Positions 26,453 through 39,019 of a stretch of 64,000 nucleotides of DNA are shown in pieces. Positions within the stretch are counted from its first letter, which is position 1; each line of letters begins with the position of its first letter. A program made the position numbers and the translations under genes. The notes beneath the pieces are model-generated. The model searched no databases and had not been told where the DNA came from. It was given only the letters and a program-made list of their open reading frames with translations. Origin of the DNA: Eledone cirrhosa (taxonomy: Eukaryota); assembly GCA_964016885.1 (NCBI GenBank), contig OZ024741.1, positions 83,700,001-83,764,000 on the forward strand, read 5' to 3'.

Positions 26453-29400
26453 TTACAGAGACATACTCAGAGAAGGCCCATTCATTCGGGCCATACTTGC
26501 TTCTCTCACCCATCTTTCAACAAAATGCTGGGAAGAGAGCACTTCCCTCTCTACTCTGATTTTCCTTTTCAAATGAAATTTGAAAAAGTCAATCAGAGCA
26601 TCACCGAAGAGGTAAGTGCTCGTCTTCAGCCCTTTCAAACGTGTCCACCATACTATCTCTTTCGCCATGGCCACCAGACAGATAAAAACTGCCTGCCCTT
26701 CCCGGCTAAAGGAGGAGGGCGGGGCAATCCTCACGTTGGACTCAGATGATAGCCGGATCCGTCCTAAACGCGACAGCAGGTGTTCGACATAAACCCACAA
26801 GTCAGCAATTTTCGGACACTGGACGAGTGCGTGCAGGACGGTTTCGTCGCCCTGCGCGCATCTCGGACATGCCCGGCTGACGGCACCTCCATGCCTGTAG
26901 AGTTTATCCCGAACTGGCAAGGCTCCTCGGTAGCACTGCCAGGCCAGAGATTTCTGGAAGTTGTCCATAGGCCCTGGCCCGAAAGTTCTTCCGAAGAGAT
27001 TGGCTAGTTGATTTTCGTCGACGCCTAGAGTTTCCCCAAGTACGTCGTCGTTCTTCCCCTCCACTAATCCTCTATAGAACGCCGAGGTGGAGTTTCCACC
27101 GATCACATTGCCCGATTGGTCGAGGGCTGTGAGCGCCTGAAGACATTCCAGTCTCGAGGCGCTCCCTCTCGGTCTTCGCTTGACCCAGGACTGCAGCTCC
27201 GTCAAGGAAACGAGCTGGGGAAATACGCGTCTAGCAAACGGCGACCACACCTGATCACCGTCGAGGAAGAGGTGGAGATGTCGTAGCCTGAGCGCGTGCC
27301 TGCGCATCATCAGCCACGGTTTGCCCAGCCCTCCACGTAGCGGGTGTTGACAACAGATGGACCGCCTGACCATCGGAGCACGTCCCTTCCACAAAAAGCG
27401 AAAGAGCAAACGCTCCAGCGCAGTCAGGCGAGGCTTAGGACAAGGTACGACGGTCAGGCGATAGCAGATGACAGACGCGATGTACGCGTTAGCCACCTCC
27501 GCTCGACCTTTCAGGGATAGCTTCCTCTCCGCCCATTTCTGGGTGAGAGAAGCCACCCTGCTCGTCACCTCGTCCCAGTTTTTGTCCGTCTGGAGGTCCG
27601 GACCGAACCAGACCCCTAGCAATTTAACCGGTCCGTCCGTCCAGCGTCCGACGACGCTGTTGGACGGCATGGACCTGCCTCTCCAGGTGCCGAGCTGCAG
27701 GCCCACTGACTTTTCCTGGTTGATCATTGCTCCTGTCACCGCTTCGTATTCTCTTAGTGTAGTGCCGATCGCCTCGATGTGTTTGGCGTTCGACACAACT
27801 ACGGTGACATCGTCCGCATATGCTGACACGGATCTTCCGCATCCTAGTTCGCGCGGGACGCCCCTCAACGTCTCCAGTTTGTGCAGTAATGGCTCGAGAG
27901 TCAATACGTACAAGAGGGACGAGAGGGGACATCCTTGGCAGACCGAGCGCATGATGTTGAACGGTTCCGACAGGTGACCGTTCACTCTCACCACAGAGCA
28001 GATGTCGCTGTGCATGGCAGCGATCCAGCCTCTGAAGACGGGCCCAAAGCCAGCCGCCCTCAGGACTGCCGCTAGGTAACGATGGTCGACCCTATCGAAA
28101 GCTTTCGACTGATCTAAATTGATCAAGGACCCACCCGTGCCAGGTTCCCTAGCTACCCTCTCTACGATGTATCGCATGAGGTGGAGGTTGTCGTGGATGG
28201 ATCTGTCGGGAATGGCGCATGTCTGCGCCTCTCCCACCAGACCACCAACGACAAGCGCCAACCTCTTTGCTAGCACCTTGGCCAAAATCTTAAACTCTGT
28301 GTTTAGCAGAGTTATGGGCCGGAAATTTTCTATGTTATCCCTCTTGTTCGGATCCTTTCTCAGCAGTGCCACCGCTCCTCGGCTCACAGAACTGGGAATT
28401 CTCCCGTTCTGTTGCCAGTTGCAGTAGACGTCCGCCAAGAGGCCTCCGAACAAGTCTGGCATCTGTACGTAAAGTTCATAGGGCAGACCATCCAAACCAG
28501 GCGATTTACCCCTTGTGCAGCCAGTCATTGCCTCCCTTACTTCAGCGGCTGTTATCGGCTTTTCGCAACACTTCGCCTCAGTGGCCGAGAGCCGCGGCAG
28601 TCCGTCGAGGTAGACACTAAAGTCCATCCCTCGACCCGGCCCACCGCTGCCCCCGAACAGCTGAGCGAAGTGTCGCTGAAAAGCTTCACACATTTGCCCG
28701 GGATCGAGTAGCATGCGCCCGTCGTGTTCCACCAAAGACCGGATCGTGGATTTGTTGCCACGACGCGCCTCCGCCACTCGGGCCCATTGAACGGCTTTCG
28801 TCCCCTCGTGTCTGAGAGCACGCACCCTTGCTCTGACAACGCAGCCTTCGTGCTTTGCATTGAAGAATTGGTCAAGGGCCAATTTCGCCGCAAGCACGTC
28901 GGTCGCAATGCCTTTGCTAAGCGCCTCGTCTAATTTTCTAACTAGTTCTCCCTCTGCTCTATTTTTCTCTATTGCTAAAGCCTTACTAAACCTAATGGAT
29001 TCTATTCTAATCGCTCTTTTCAGAGCAAACCACCACTTGTTGTTGACGATGGCCCCCGTCAACGCCCGCTTAACTAGTTCGCTAATCCGGTCTCTGTAGG
29101 CCTTGCACGCTGGTAAGGACGCGTTTAGCTTCCAGTAGCCGGGTCCTCGTCTATGAAGCCTATCTAAGTCAAGCACACAGATCACGAATTTGTGGTCCGT
29201 GTAGCTGACTATCTTGAATTGTGGACAGCCTATGCTAGACCTATCTATTTCCCTACAAAATACTCAATCTAGATATGATCTGGATGACCCTATGCGATTT
29301 GTCCAAGTCCACATTGGCGCATTCGGGAAATCCAATCGGTACCTGTCAGACAGTTCAAAACGCCTGAGCAGGTTGGTGAGGCTCTTGCACCCTCCACCCC

Positions 29401-29872
29401 TATCCGCTAATCCCACACAGTCCCAGCGTGCATCTAAGATCCCGTTCCAGTCGCCCACTAACACTAAAGAGCGGGACGTTCCAAGAAAGGTCTCCAGACG
29501 CCGGAAGAAATCAGGCCGCCCTGCTCCTGTCGGGGCATAGACGGCCACTAGCCTGAAAGCTTGCCCGTCTCCGCTGGTCACGTCCAGCACCACCAGCTTA
29601 CCCTCTGGGTCCAGGAAGATGGCCCCTATGGCCAGATCCAAACCTCTCCGAAAAAGCACAGCAACTCCTCCACCCGATCCAGGGCGCCTGGGAGATGCGT
29701 ACACATCGTAGCCGCCGAAGATCGGTGCGAAGGCCCGTGCTTCGGAGATTCTGGTCTCGCTGATGGCCACTACATCTATGTTTAGTGACCTGAGGTCGTT
29801 GAGCAGGTGACCCTGCTTCCATGACGACCCCAAGCCACGCGCATTTATGCTGCCTATTCTGAGTGAGGTCAT
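26453..29872 (-). pseudogene. Tx1-like ORF2 (APE endonuclease + reverse transcriptase + C-terminal zinc finger) with a single in-frame TGA
   Basis: ORFs 29264-29872 and 26453-29185 are in the same frame, separated by the TGA at 29264-29266 (Arg in the paralogue YLDRVFC); motifs SINARG, GDWN, KSPGLDG, LDQSKAFDRVDH, QGCPLS, AYADD, CPRC..H...C. Confidence 0.92.
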
Positions 29873-29907
29873 GTTTAAAATAGAGTGGAAAAGATGGGAA
29901 AGACCAC

Positions 29908-31988
29908 TTACCGTACTTTTGGTAGAGGAGGGATGGTTTTTACATCCCTTTTCACTTGATCGTCTGGTGAAGGGACCGTTGAATCGTCCCTTCGGCTGGT
30001 CGTCGGCTCTTCTAAGAGAATGTCTGAATATACTCTTCGATTGATGGTTCCTCCTAGGTCCCTGAAATCACCAACTGCGTTGGGGAATTTCGTTTTAATG
30101 TTTGTGTATTGTTTCTGTGCTATTTTTAGCAGTCTTATGTTAGTTGGCGTTTTGATTGGTGCTGGTATTATGTAGTCCTGTTGTGAAATGTCTGTGTGTT
30201 CAATTATGTAAGTCATTAGTTTCTTGTTGTGTGTATTTATTGCCGTGCATTTGTTTTTCTGGGGGTGGGGTGTGGTTCTGCTATTTTCTTGTCGTTGTTG
30301 CTGGGTGTGTGTGTTTTGTTGTTGTGTTTGCGATGTTGGTGCTTGTGGTGGTGGTGTTGAAGGTGTTGTTGGCGGTGGGGTTGTCGCCGGTGGTGATGGT
30401 GGTGCTAGTGTGGGTGGTTATGGTGTTGGTGGTGTTGCTGCTGTGGGTCTCTTTGCAGTAGACTTTACCCTTTTCTCATTTCTTTCCTCCCTTTTCAAAG
30501 GCGACGATGCGCTGCTTCTGCGTTTGTGCCTTCTTACGACCTTTTGCCATCCCTCTCCCACCTCACACTCCATGTCTGATTCTGTGAGGTCGGGGAGGGG
30601 TACCAGCTCCACTCTTTCACTTGTTGTTGTTGGTGATGTTTACACTGGAGTCTCTGTTGCAGCTGCGTTTGGTATTGCTGTTGTTGTTAATATTTCCACT
30701 GCTGCTGCTGTTTTTGATTTCCGTGGCGTGGGTATGGGTGCCACGGACCTATCGTTCCTGGTTGCCGCTTGTCCTGTTGCTGGTAGCAGTGGAGCCGTAT
30801 TCGGAAGGAGGGGGTTTTCTCCTTTCTCAGGGTCTTCTCGTTGCAGAAGGCCCTGAGGTGAGTCTTCGATCCACAGCGAAAGCATTTCGGGCGTTTGCCC
30901 TCAACACTTATGGGAAGTTGCGTGCCGTTATCGAAGTCTATCACATCCGGGATAGCTTCGATGCACTCCTGGTTGGTTTGGATTAGCATCTCAATGGAGG
31001 TGCCGACCCAATCTTCTCTTACTTTTTTCTGTACTTGCAGTACAGTTGTTTTGTCCTCGATTCCGACGAGGACAGACGCAGCCAGCCAAGAAGGGGTCAT
31101 TCCGGGGGGTACGTGGGTCAGTTTGACCCTCACAATTTTTTTCCCGCAGTAGGAGGGCACCAACACCATTTCCTCGCTCCTTAGGGTCACTACGGATTGG
31201 GCCTTTGCCTCCTGGGGTGTGGCAAAAAGTACGTCTACGGTGGCATATTTTTTGCCTCGGGTGATGTGCGTTTTCCGCTGCCACACAGACCCCAAGGCTT
31301 TTTGTATTTGGGCCTCTGTGGCTCTTTCCACCCTACGGGATTTTGTACTTACTGTACGGTACGTGACCGTACAGTGCTCTTGGGTTTCGAAACATTTTTC
31401 CGCTGCCTTGCAGATTGCTCGGTGTCCATTCTTTGTCACCATCTTCTTCGCTTCCTCTAATTCCTCATTTGTTATGAGGATTGTTTCCAAGTTTTTCGCA
31501 ATACCTGCAAATGAGATTGGTTTTTCTTTGCTGCTGTTGTCGTCAGAGCTTTTGTTGTTGCTGCAGGTACTACGACTACTGCCTTCGCCGCTGTTGCTGT
31601 GGTTGTTGTTGGTGTTGCTGCTGCTAATGCTGTTGTTGTTTATGCTGCTGGTGATGCTGTTGCGGCTGCTACTGTTGTTTTCATTGTCACTGTTGCTGTT
31701 GTTATTACGGCTGCTACTGCTATTATTCCTGACGTCAGACGAATGAACTGGGTTTTCGTATTTCCCGCACACCTGTTTCGTCGCTGTCGTCGTCGTCGTG
31801 GAGAAACCTTGCATGCTTTGCACGAGACTTTTCTTTTCTTTCGTCACTTGCGAAAGAGAAGGGAGGGAGAGAGACACATTTAAAGAAGGGAGGGAGAGAG
31901 ACAATCTTCTCTCTGCTGTAGTGACGATTGAGGAAGAAGAAGACGGAATGAGTGGGAGTGACCTATGCAAATTCTTTTTCGTAGCCAT
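29908..31988 (-). pseudogene. Tx1-like ORF1 (nucleic-acid-binding protein), disrupted
   Basis: Starts MATKKN; Asn/Ser-rich tract; CCHC knuckle CFRCGSKTHLRAFC; frameshift near 30840 and stops at ~30640 and ~30418 in the downstream frame. Confidence 0.8.
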
Positions 31989-32232
31989 GTTGTTTTTTTT
32001 GTTTAAAATAAATATTGGGTACAAACCCCCAATAAGCAGTTATTTAACCCCGAAGGGCCAAATAACGGGCAGAAAGACCCCTCTCACGAGGAGGAGGGTG
32101 TTTTTGTCTACAAGTTGGTCTGAGTTTTAAACAATTTACAATTGTTAAAGCGTTCAAAATTTACAGTACGTTACAGAGCCGAGCCTCCGTCAACCATAGC
32201 ATTCAATAATAATAATAATAATAATAATAAAT

Positions 32233-33350
32233 AAGGGAATCACATGTTTGGATGATCAAACTCGTTTTGAAACACGAAAGCATCAAAAGATCATACTCCA
32301 TTACAAAAGATGCACAAAGATACAGTAATGGACTACAAATTTCAGAATTCCCATTTACTGCTGAAATGGAAAACACAGAAAAAGCAAAGCAGATAAAAGT
32401 AACTGCAAAGAAAGAACTGCCACAGAAACTGGCTAAGAAATGGCAAGAAAAGCCTCTGTATGGAAAATAACCAGAACGAGCTAACAATCCTGATGTTGAC
32501 AAAACTTTAACCCATCAGTGGTTGGCATCTTCTGGACTGAAATCGGAGACTGAAGGACTGATTATATCAGCACAAGACCAGTGTTTGCCAACAAAAAATG
32601 ACCAAGCCAACATAATAAAATATGGATGCAGCCCATTATGCCGTGTATGTAAAAAAAAACCATAGTCCATTGACCATATAATTTCAATGTGCAGTCCTAT
32701 AGCTCCAACCGAACACCTAAACAGGCATGACAGAGCTGCACAATACATACATTGGATAATGTGTAAGCATTTTGATCTGCCCCATCAAAAGAATTGGTGG
32801 GAGCATCAACCACCTCTCATACATGAAAAAGATCACATCTCAATCTTGTGGAACTTTAGCATCCAAACAGACCGAAAAGTAGATGCAAATAGACCTGATA
32901 TAATATTGAAGGACTTCAAAAAGAGGGTATGCCTGCTAATTGATATGTCCGTTCCAAAAGACAAGAATGTATCTATAAAAACATTTGAAAAATTGAGCAA
33001 GTATAAGGACCTGGAGATAGAAATTGGAAAAATGTGGAAATTGAGAACTAAAACAATACCAGTGGTTGTAGGCGCTCTAGGAATGATACCTAAGGGGTCT
33101 AATGATTACTTATCGCAAATCCAAGAAAACCCGCGTATAGGAGAAATACAAAAGATAGTACTAATGGGAACTGCCCATATACTAAGGAAGATTCTGTCAA
33201 TATAAGTACATCACAAGTCTAAACACCTAAAGATGCATGTGTGAGTATGTATGTTCTTTCTTGAACATGGTGGACCTTGTTGTCTCTTGAGGTCACTGGT
33301 TGTGACTTGGTGATAACTCGTATGAACATAAAGCAAGATAAATGCAGCTA
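32233..33350 (+). mobile_element. R4/Dong-like LINE family 2, 3' fragment
   Basis: RHDRAA...NRPDIILKD...LIDMSVP...EKLSKYKDL (PD-(D/E)xK restriction-like endonuclease); (TAA)n on both sides. Confidence 0.88.
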
Positions 33351-33372
33351 TAATAATAATAATAATAATAAT

Positions 33373-33555
33373 AATTGTTTCTACTTTAGACACAAGGTCA
33401 GCAATTATACCAGTACATTACTGGTACTTTATTTTATCGACCCGTAAGGATGAAAGGCAAAGTTAACCTGGGCGGGATTTGAACTCAGACTGTAAAGGGA
33501 CGTATCTATGCTAGAAAGCATGGCGTCCAACCCTCTACCGATACTGCCAATTCAC
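33373..33555 (-). mobile_element. Nin-domain SINE
   Basis: Match to 371-556, within (TAA)n. Confidence 0.85.
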
Positions 33556-33561
33556 GGTACT

Positions 33562-33595
<34 letters not shown>

Positions 33596-33597
<2 letters not shown>

Positions 33598-35043
33598 TTA
33601 CAAATATCTAGGTTTTTGTGAAGGAGACGGAATCAAGCACTCGACAATGAGGTAAAGGATAAGGAAGGAATGTTACCGCAGAGTAAGAGTAATCTTAAGA
33701 ACGGAATTGAATGCAGGGAATAGGATCGATGCCATAAACACGCTTGCCATACTAGTAGTAACCTACAGTTACAATTTCATCAACTGGTCAAGCACAGAGA
33801 TCCGTAGGCTCGATACAAAAATTAGAAAATTCTTAACCATGCACAGAATGCATAGAATATATCTCCCTAGGAAAGAAGGAGGTCGTGGGTTAATCCAGTT
33901 AGATATTGCGTTGAAAACTGCAACAATTGGATTATCTACATATCTAAGGGAATCACATGATTGGATGATCAAACTCGGTTTGAAACACGAAAGCATCAAA
34001 AGATCATACTCCATTACAAAAGATGCACAAAGATACAGTAATGGACAACACATTTCAGAAGTTCCATTTACTGCTGAAATGGAAAACACAGAAAAAACAA
34101 AGCAGGTAAAAGTAACTGCAAAGAAAGAACTGCTACAGAAACTGGCTAAGAAATGGCAAGAAAAGCCTCTGTATGGAAAATACCCAGAACGAGCTAACAA
34201 TCCTGATGTTGACAAAACTTTAACCCATCAGTGGTTGGCATCCTCTGGACTGAAATCGGAGACTGAAGGACTGATTATATCAGCACAAGATCAGTGTCTG
34301 CTAACAAAAAATTACCAAGCCAACATAATAATAAATTGATGCAACTCATTATGCCGTGTATGTAAAAAACAATCAGAGACCATTGGTCATATAATTTCAA
34401 TGTGCAGTCCTATAGCTCCAACCGAATGCCTAAACAGGCATGACAGAGCTGCACAATACATACATTGGACCATGTGTAAGCATTTTGATCTGTCCCATCA
34501 AAAGAATTGGTGGGAGCATCAACCACCTCTCATACATGAAAAAGATCACATCTCAATCTTGTGGAACTTTAGCATCCACACAGACCGAAAAGTAGATGCA
34601 AATAGATCTGATATAATACTGAAGTACTTTAAAAAGAGGGTATGCCTGCTAATTAATATGTCCGTTCCAATAGACAAGAATGTATCTATACAAAACATTT
34701 GAAAAATAGAGCAAGTATAAGGACCTGGAGATAGAAATTGAGAACTAAAACAATACCAGTGGTTGCAGGCGCTCCAGGAATGATACCTAAGGGGTCTAAT
34801 GATTACTTATCGCAAATCCAAGGAAAGTATAGGAAAAATACAAAAGATAGTACTAATGGGAACTGCCCATATGCCAAGGAAGATTCTGTCAATATAAATA
34901 CATCACAAGTCTAAACACTTCAAGATGCATGTGTGTGTATATATGTTCTTTCTTGAACATGGCGGCCCTTGTTGTCTCTTGAGGTCACTGGTTATGACTT
35001 GGTGATAACTCGTATGAACATAAAGCAAGATAAATGTAACTGT
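33596..35043 (+). mobile_element. R4/Dong-like LINE family 2, longer 3' fragment
   Basis: YKYLG...RIYLPRKEGGRGL...ETEGLIISAQDQ; closely similar to 32233-33350. Confidence 0.88.
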
Positions 35044-35067
35044 AATAATAATAATAATAATAATAAT

Positions 35068-35345
35068 AATTCTTTCTACTTTTGGCACACGTCAGCAATT
35101 ATCCCAGTGCATTACTGGTACTTTTTTTTATCGAACCCCTAAGGATGAAAGGCAAAGTTAACCTCGGCGGGATTTGAACTCAAAATGGCAAGGGCCGTAA
35201 CTGTATGCGTCAAATCATGGTGTCCGACCCTCTACCGATAGTGCCGACCCACCGCACCAAATACGGCAGGATTTCAACCCAGAACGTAAAAAGCCATAAC
35301 ACTATGCTGCAATGCATGGTGTCTTACGCTCTACCGATACTGCCA
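35068..35345 (-). mobile_element. Nin-domain SINE plus a duplicated SINE head
   Basis: Match to 371-556, followed by a second B-box/A-box segment at 35265-35345. Confidence 0.75.
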
Positions 35346-35349
35346 ATAA

Positions 35350-37760
35350 TGGTTTCATTTATTGGCCACAAGGGCCAACATATAGAGGACAATACAGTAG
35401 ACAGAGACAGTAGGTGTTGTACATAAAAAATGAGTCAAAGCTAGGAAAACTGTAACAATAAACAAGAAAAATACAATAATAAAAACTCTCTAATAGGGGG
35501 AGATAACCACCTAGGGTTGACTTAGGTACCCCATCAATCCTGAACCACCCGACGCTTCGAGGGCACCCGGAAGGGCACCCCTCTGCTCCTCAAATTGACC
35601 ATCCTACAAGCATGATCATAGTACGCCCACTCACACGGGCCATTCTCACCACATTCACCTACATTTCAGCAAATGTACTGGGGGTGGGGGTGGAGGCAGC
35701 ACTTACATAGCCACCCTCACCTTCCTTTCGAAGTGAAATTTGAAAAAGTTGATGAGGGATTGGCCGAAGAGAAAAGTGTCTGTCTTCAGTCCTTTAAACC
35801 TGGACCAACATGCAACCTCATTCGCCATGCTACCGCCACCAGACAGTCAAAAGAAGGGGGCGGGTCGATCTTCACTATGGACTCGGCCGATAGCCGGATC
35901 CTTTCTACACGCGACATCAACTGTTCGACATAACTCTACAAGTCAGTAATTCACGGACACTGGACCAGTGCATGCAGAACGGTTTCGTCACATTGCGCGC
36001 ATCTCGGACAGTTAAGTCTGACAGCACCTTCTCGAACCGGCAGTGCACCGCCAGTAGCAGGGAGGGATTTCTGGAAGTTATCCTTCGTACCCGGTTCGAA
36101 AGTCCTCCGGAACAGACTGGTCAGTTCGAATTGGTCGACGCCCAGAGCCTCTCCGAGTACGTCATCGTACTTTCCCACCACTAATCCTCTATAGAACTCT
36201 AGAGTGGAAGTTCCACTGACCGCATTTCCCGCCTGGTAGATGGCAGTGAGTACCTAGCAACATTCCAGATGCCAGTCACCCAATCTCAGTCTCGTTTTGT
36301 CCCAAGACTGCATCTCAGTCAAAGAGACGAGCTGCGAAAAGGCCCGACTGGCAAACGGTGACCGCACCTATTCACCGTTTAGGCAAATTATCTGGAGATG
36401 ACGCAGCCTTAGCGCATGTTTGTGCAACATTAGCCACGGCATGCCCAGCCCTCCAGGAGGCGTAGACGGGGGCAACGCACGACGGTCAAGTGGTAGCAGA
36501 TGACGGACGCGATGTACGCATTCCCCAGCACCGCCCGAATCTCAGTGTCCGGGATATTATTAAGGTTTTCTAGTTTTATTTGGAGAAGAATCTCCAAATC
36601 CATCTCGGACCAATCCTCTCTGTCAGTCTTTTTGATATCTACGTGGGTAGTGTCGGTATCCTTCTAGATTACGAATCCCAGGAGCAACCATAGTTTAATT
36701 CCTGGAGGGTTCCTAGGAATGCGAACCTTCGCTGTTCTTTTTCCCATGTAGGACGGTGCCTAATGATGCGTTTCTTTCTGCAGGGTGCCATGGAATGCTT
36801 AATAGCAACAGCCTCGGTTTTGAACAGCACCGAAGTAATGCCCAACTGCCTGGCCCTGGATTTTTTTTATTGAATATCATCTTTGATGCATTCCAAAGCA
36901 GCCTGGCTGGTTGCCTGGCTGGTCCGCCCTTCCGAGTCTGCACCAAAATACATCGATAATGTAAAGCCCTCCTCTGCATTGTCGCTATTGCTTCGTCCGG
37001 GATGGTTAGGTTGGTCCAGGATTTCTCGCGTTTAATTAATTTCCACTTCTGGGTCAACTGTTGCGCTTTGTCTATAATATCAACGTTAACAAATCGCTTT
37101 GTTTTAGCAGCCGCCGCGAATGTGTTGTTGTTCTCTAGTTCGTTGCTGCTCTCACTGTTCCTTTTATTATTAGTGTTGTCGTTCTTACTGTTGTTGTTGG
37201 TGTTGCTGTCATTGTTGTTGTTGTTTTGTTTGTTGTTGCTGCTGTTATCGTTATTAATGTTTATGTATTGTCTCCTACATGTCGGTCCTTGTGGCCAATA
37301 AATGAAATCGTTATTAATGTTTATGTTGAGGCCGTTGGCGTTGTCGTTGTTTTTCTCACTTGTTGTGGTGGTGGTATCGGCAATGGAGGTAACGATGGAT
37401 GGAGGTGATGAAGTGGAACGTTTAATGTTCCCTTGTGTGATAAGACTGTCGGCAGTGCTGCTGGATGCGCGAGAATTGTACATGCATGTGGTGGTGGTGG
37501 TGGTGGTGGTAGTGGTAGTAGTAGTAGTATTAGTAGCAGTAGCTGTAGTCGTAGTGGTGGTGGTGACTGTTTTTTACGTTTTGAACTGCAAGCTATTTAC
37601 AGATTCAAGATTAAATCCTTCCTTGTTTTTGTATTTTTTTTATTGAAAATGATCTTTCAAAGCTTTTTTTTTAAATAAATCTGAATATTCGGGCTTAGAG
37701 CCCGAATATTGAAATGTCTCCCTTCCTCGGAGCCAAGGTCGGTACTTTATACCTTGTTAT
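35350..37760 (-). mobile_element. Divergent Tx1-like LINE with a large internal deletion (ORF1 5' part joined to ORF2 3' end)
   Basis: 35600-36530 is homologous to the ORF2 C-terminus (CPRCAQCDETVLHALVQCP); 36540-37650 is an Asn-rich ORF1-like region; same 3' tail as the other Tx1 copies. Confidence 0.8.
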
Positions 37761-37860
37761 CAACAACGGAAAATACAAAGTAACGCTATAAAACAACTTA
37801 GAATTACGAATCTTTTCTCTCGCAGTCTTGTAACATCTTCACATATGTGCGTCCAATAAT

Positions 37861-38057
37861 AATGGTTTCTTATATAGGCACAAGGCCAGCAATTTTGGGA
37901 GAGGGCAAGGTCGATTAAATCGGCCCCTGTGCGTGACTGGTACTTTATATTATAGACCCCGTAAGGATGAAAGGCGGGATTTGAACTTAGATCGAAAAGG
38001 GCCGTAAATCTATGCTGCAAAGTATGGCCGCGGACTCTCTACCAATACTGCCAATCC
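37861..38057 (-). mobile_element. Nin-domain SINE (longer subfamily)
   Basis: Nin core plus an extra GTCGATTAAATCG segment; similar to 49724-49938. Confidence 0.8.
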
Positions 38058-39019
38058 TCAAGAAGAAGAAGAAGATAAGGAAGGAAGAAGCATATGGGGG
38101 ATACATTGTTTTGGATTCGCTCCGATAGGTTTTGGGTTTTTTACATATTTAAAACAATTGTGATATAATAATTTTTGTTGCAAATAGGACATAAGGTACC
38201 AACCTCGCTCTCAGGAAATGATTCCCATAATACCCTGGTATATGGCAAAAATTGTTAATTTTGTATTAGAAATGTTATGTTCAAAAAAGAAAATGTTTAC
38301 AAATAGTAGAAACTCCAAATGCGTTGACTAAATACAACAGCCAAAAAACGACAATTTCACCTCCACTACCACCAATCCCAGCAAAATAATAATTATTATT
38401 GTATCTCAAGTTTTCTCAAAATGTTTAGTTCAAATATTAAGGAAGGTTGTCAACATGTATATTAAATATAACAAGCCACAAAGCTACTGAACAGAAAACA
38501 GAAAAAAATAACTAACAAATAACAAATGAACCAAATACATCATATTGTAATGGCTACAAAATTTAGCCGTGACAAACCAGCAGCAACAACAACGCAATCA
38601 CTACAGTACCACTACTCCATCTCTACCGCCACCACTACTCCATCGCTACCACCACTTCACCAATGCTGTCATCACTACTCCTTCAACACTTTCTGTTAAC
38701 TTAAGAAAATACATCAAATTTGCTGAGAAGGAGAGGGAAATTAGAAGCAACACTAGACAAATCTAGAAATGAAGAAGCTTCAAAAAGATATAAATAGACT
38801 GACATAGTGACCCGGTCAAAATGAAACTTTGAACATCTCAAAATTAACAGCTACACTTGCACCCATGTCCCCAACCAACAATAGAATTCCCACTTCCCTC
38901 TCCGGAAAAAAGCCTTAACACCACCGGCTAGCCAACAACAACAACAACAAAGGAAACATCAACAAAGTATATCATAATAATTATTTCTTCACAAGGAAAC
39001 ATTTATAATAATAATAATT

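Larger units (their letters stand above)
26199..32204 (-). mobile_element. Full-length Tx1-like (L1 clade) LINE inserted in (TAA)n
   Basis: 5' UTR, ORF1 with zinc knuckle, ORF2 APE-RT-zinc finger, and 3' UTR with AATAAA; (TAA)n at 26135-26198 and 32205-32230. Confidence 0.93.

Noticed and set aside
29264-29266. In-frame TGA in Tx1 ORF2 as programmed readthrough or selenocysteine
   Set aside because: The paralogous copy has Arg at this position, so a simple nonsense mutation is more likely.
19777-31883. Numerous plus-strand and alternate-frame ORFs overlapping the Tx1 elements
   Set aside because: Antisense or off-frame by-products of GC-rich LINE coding sequence.
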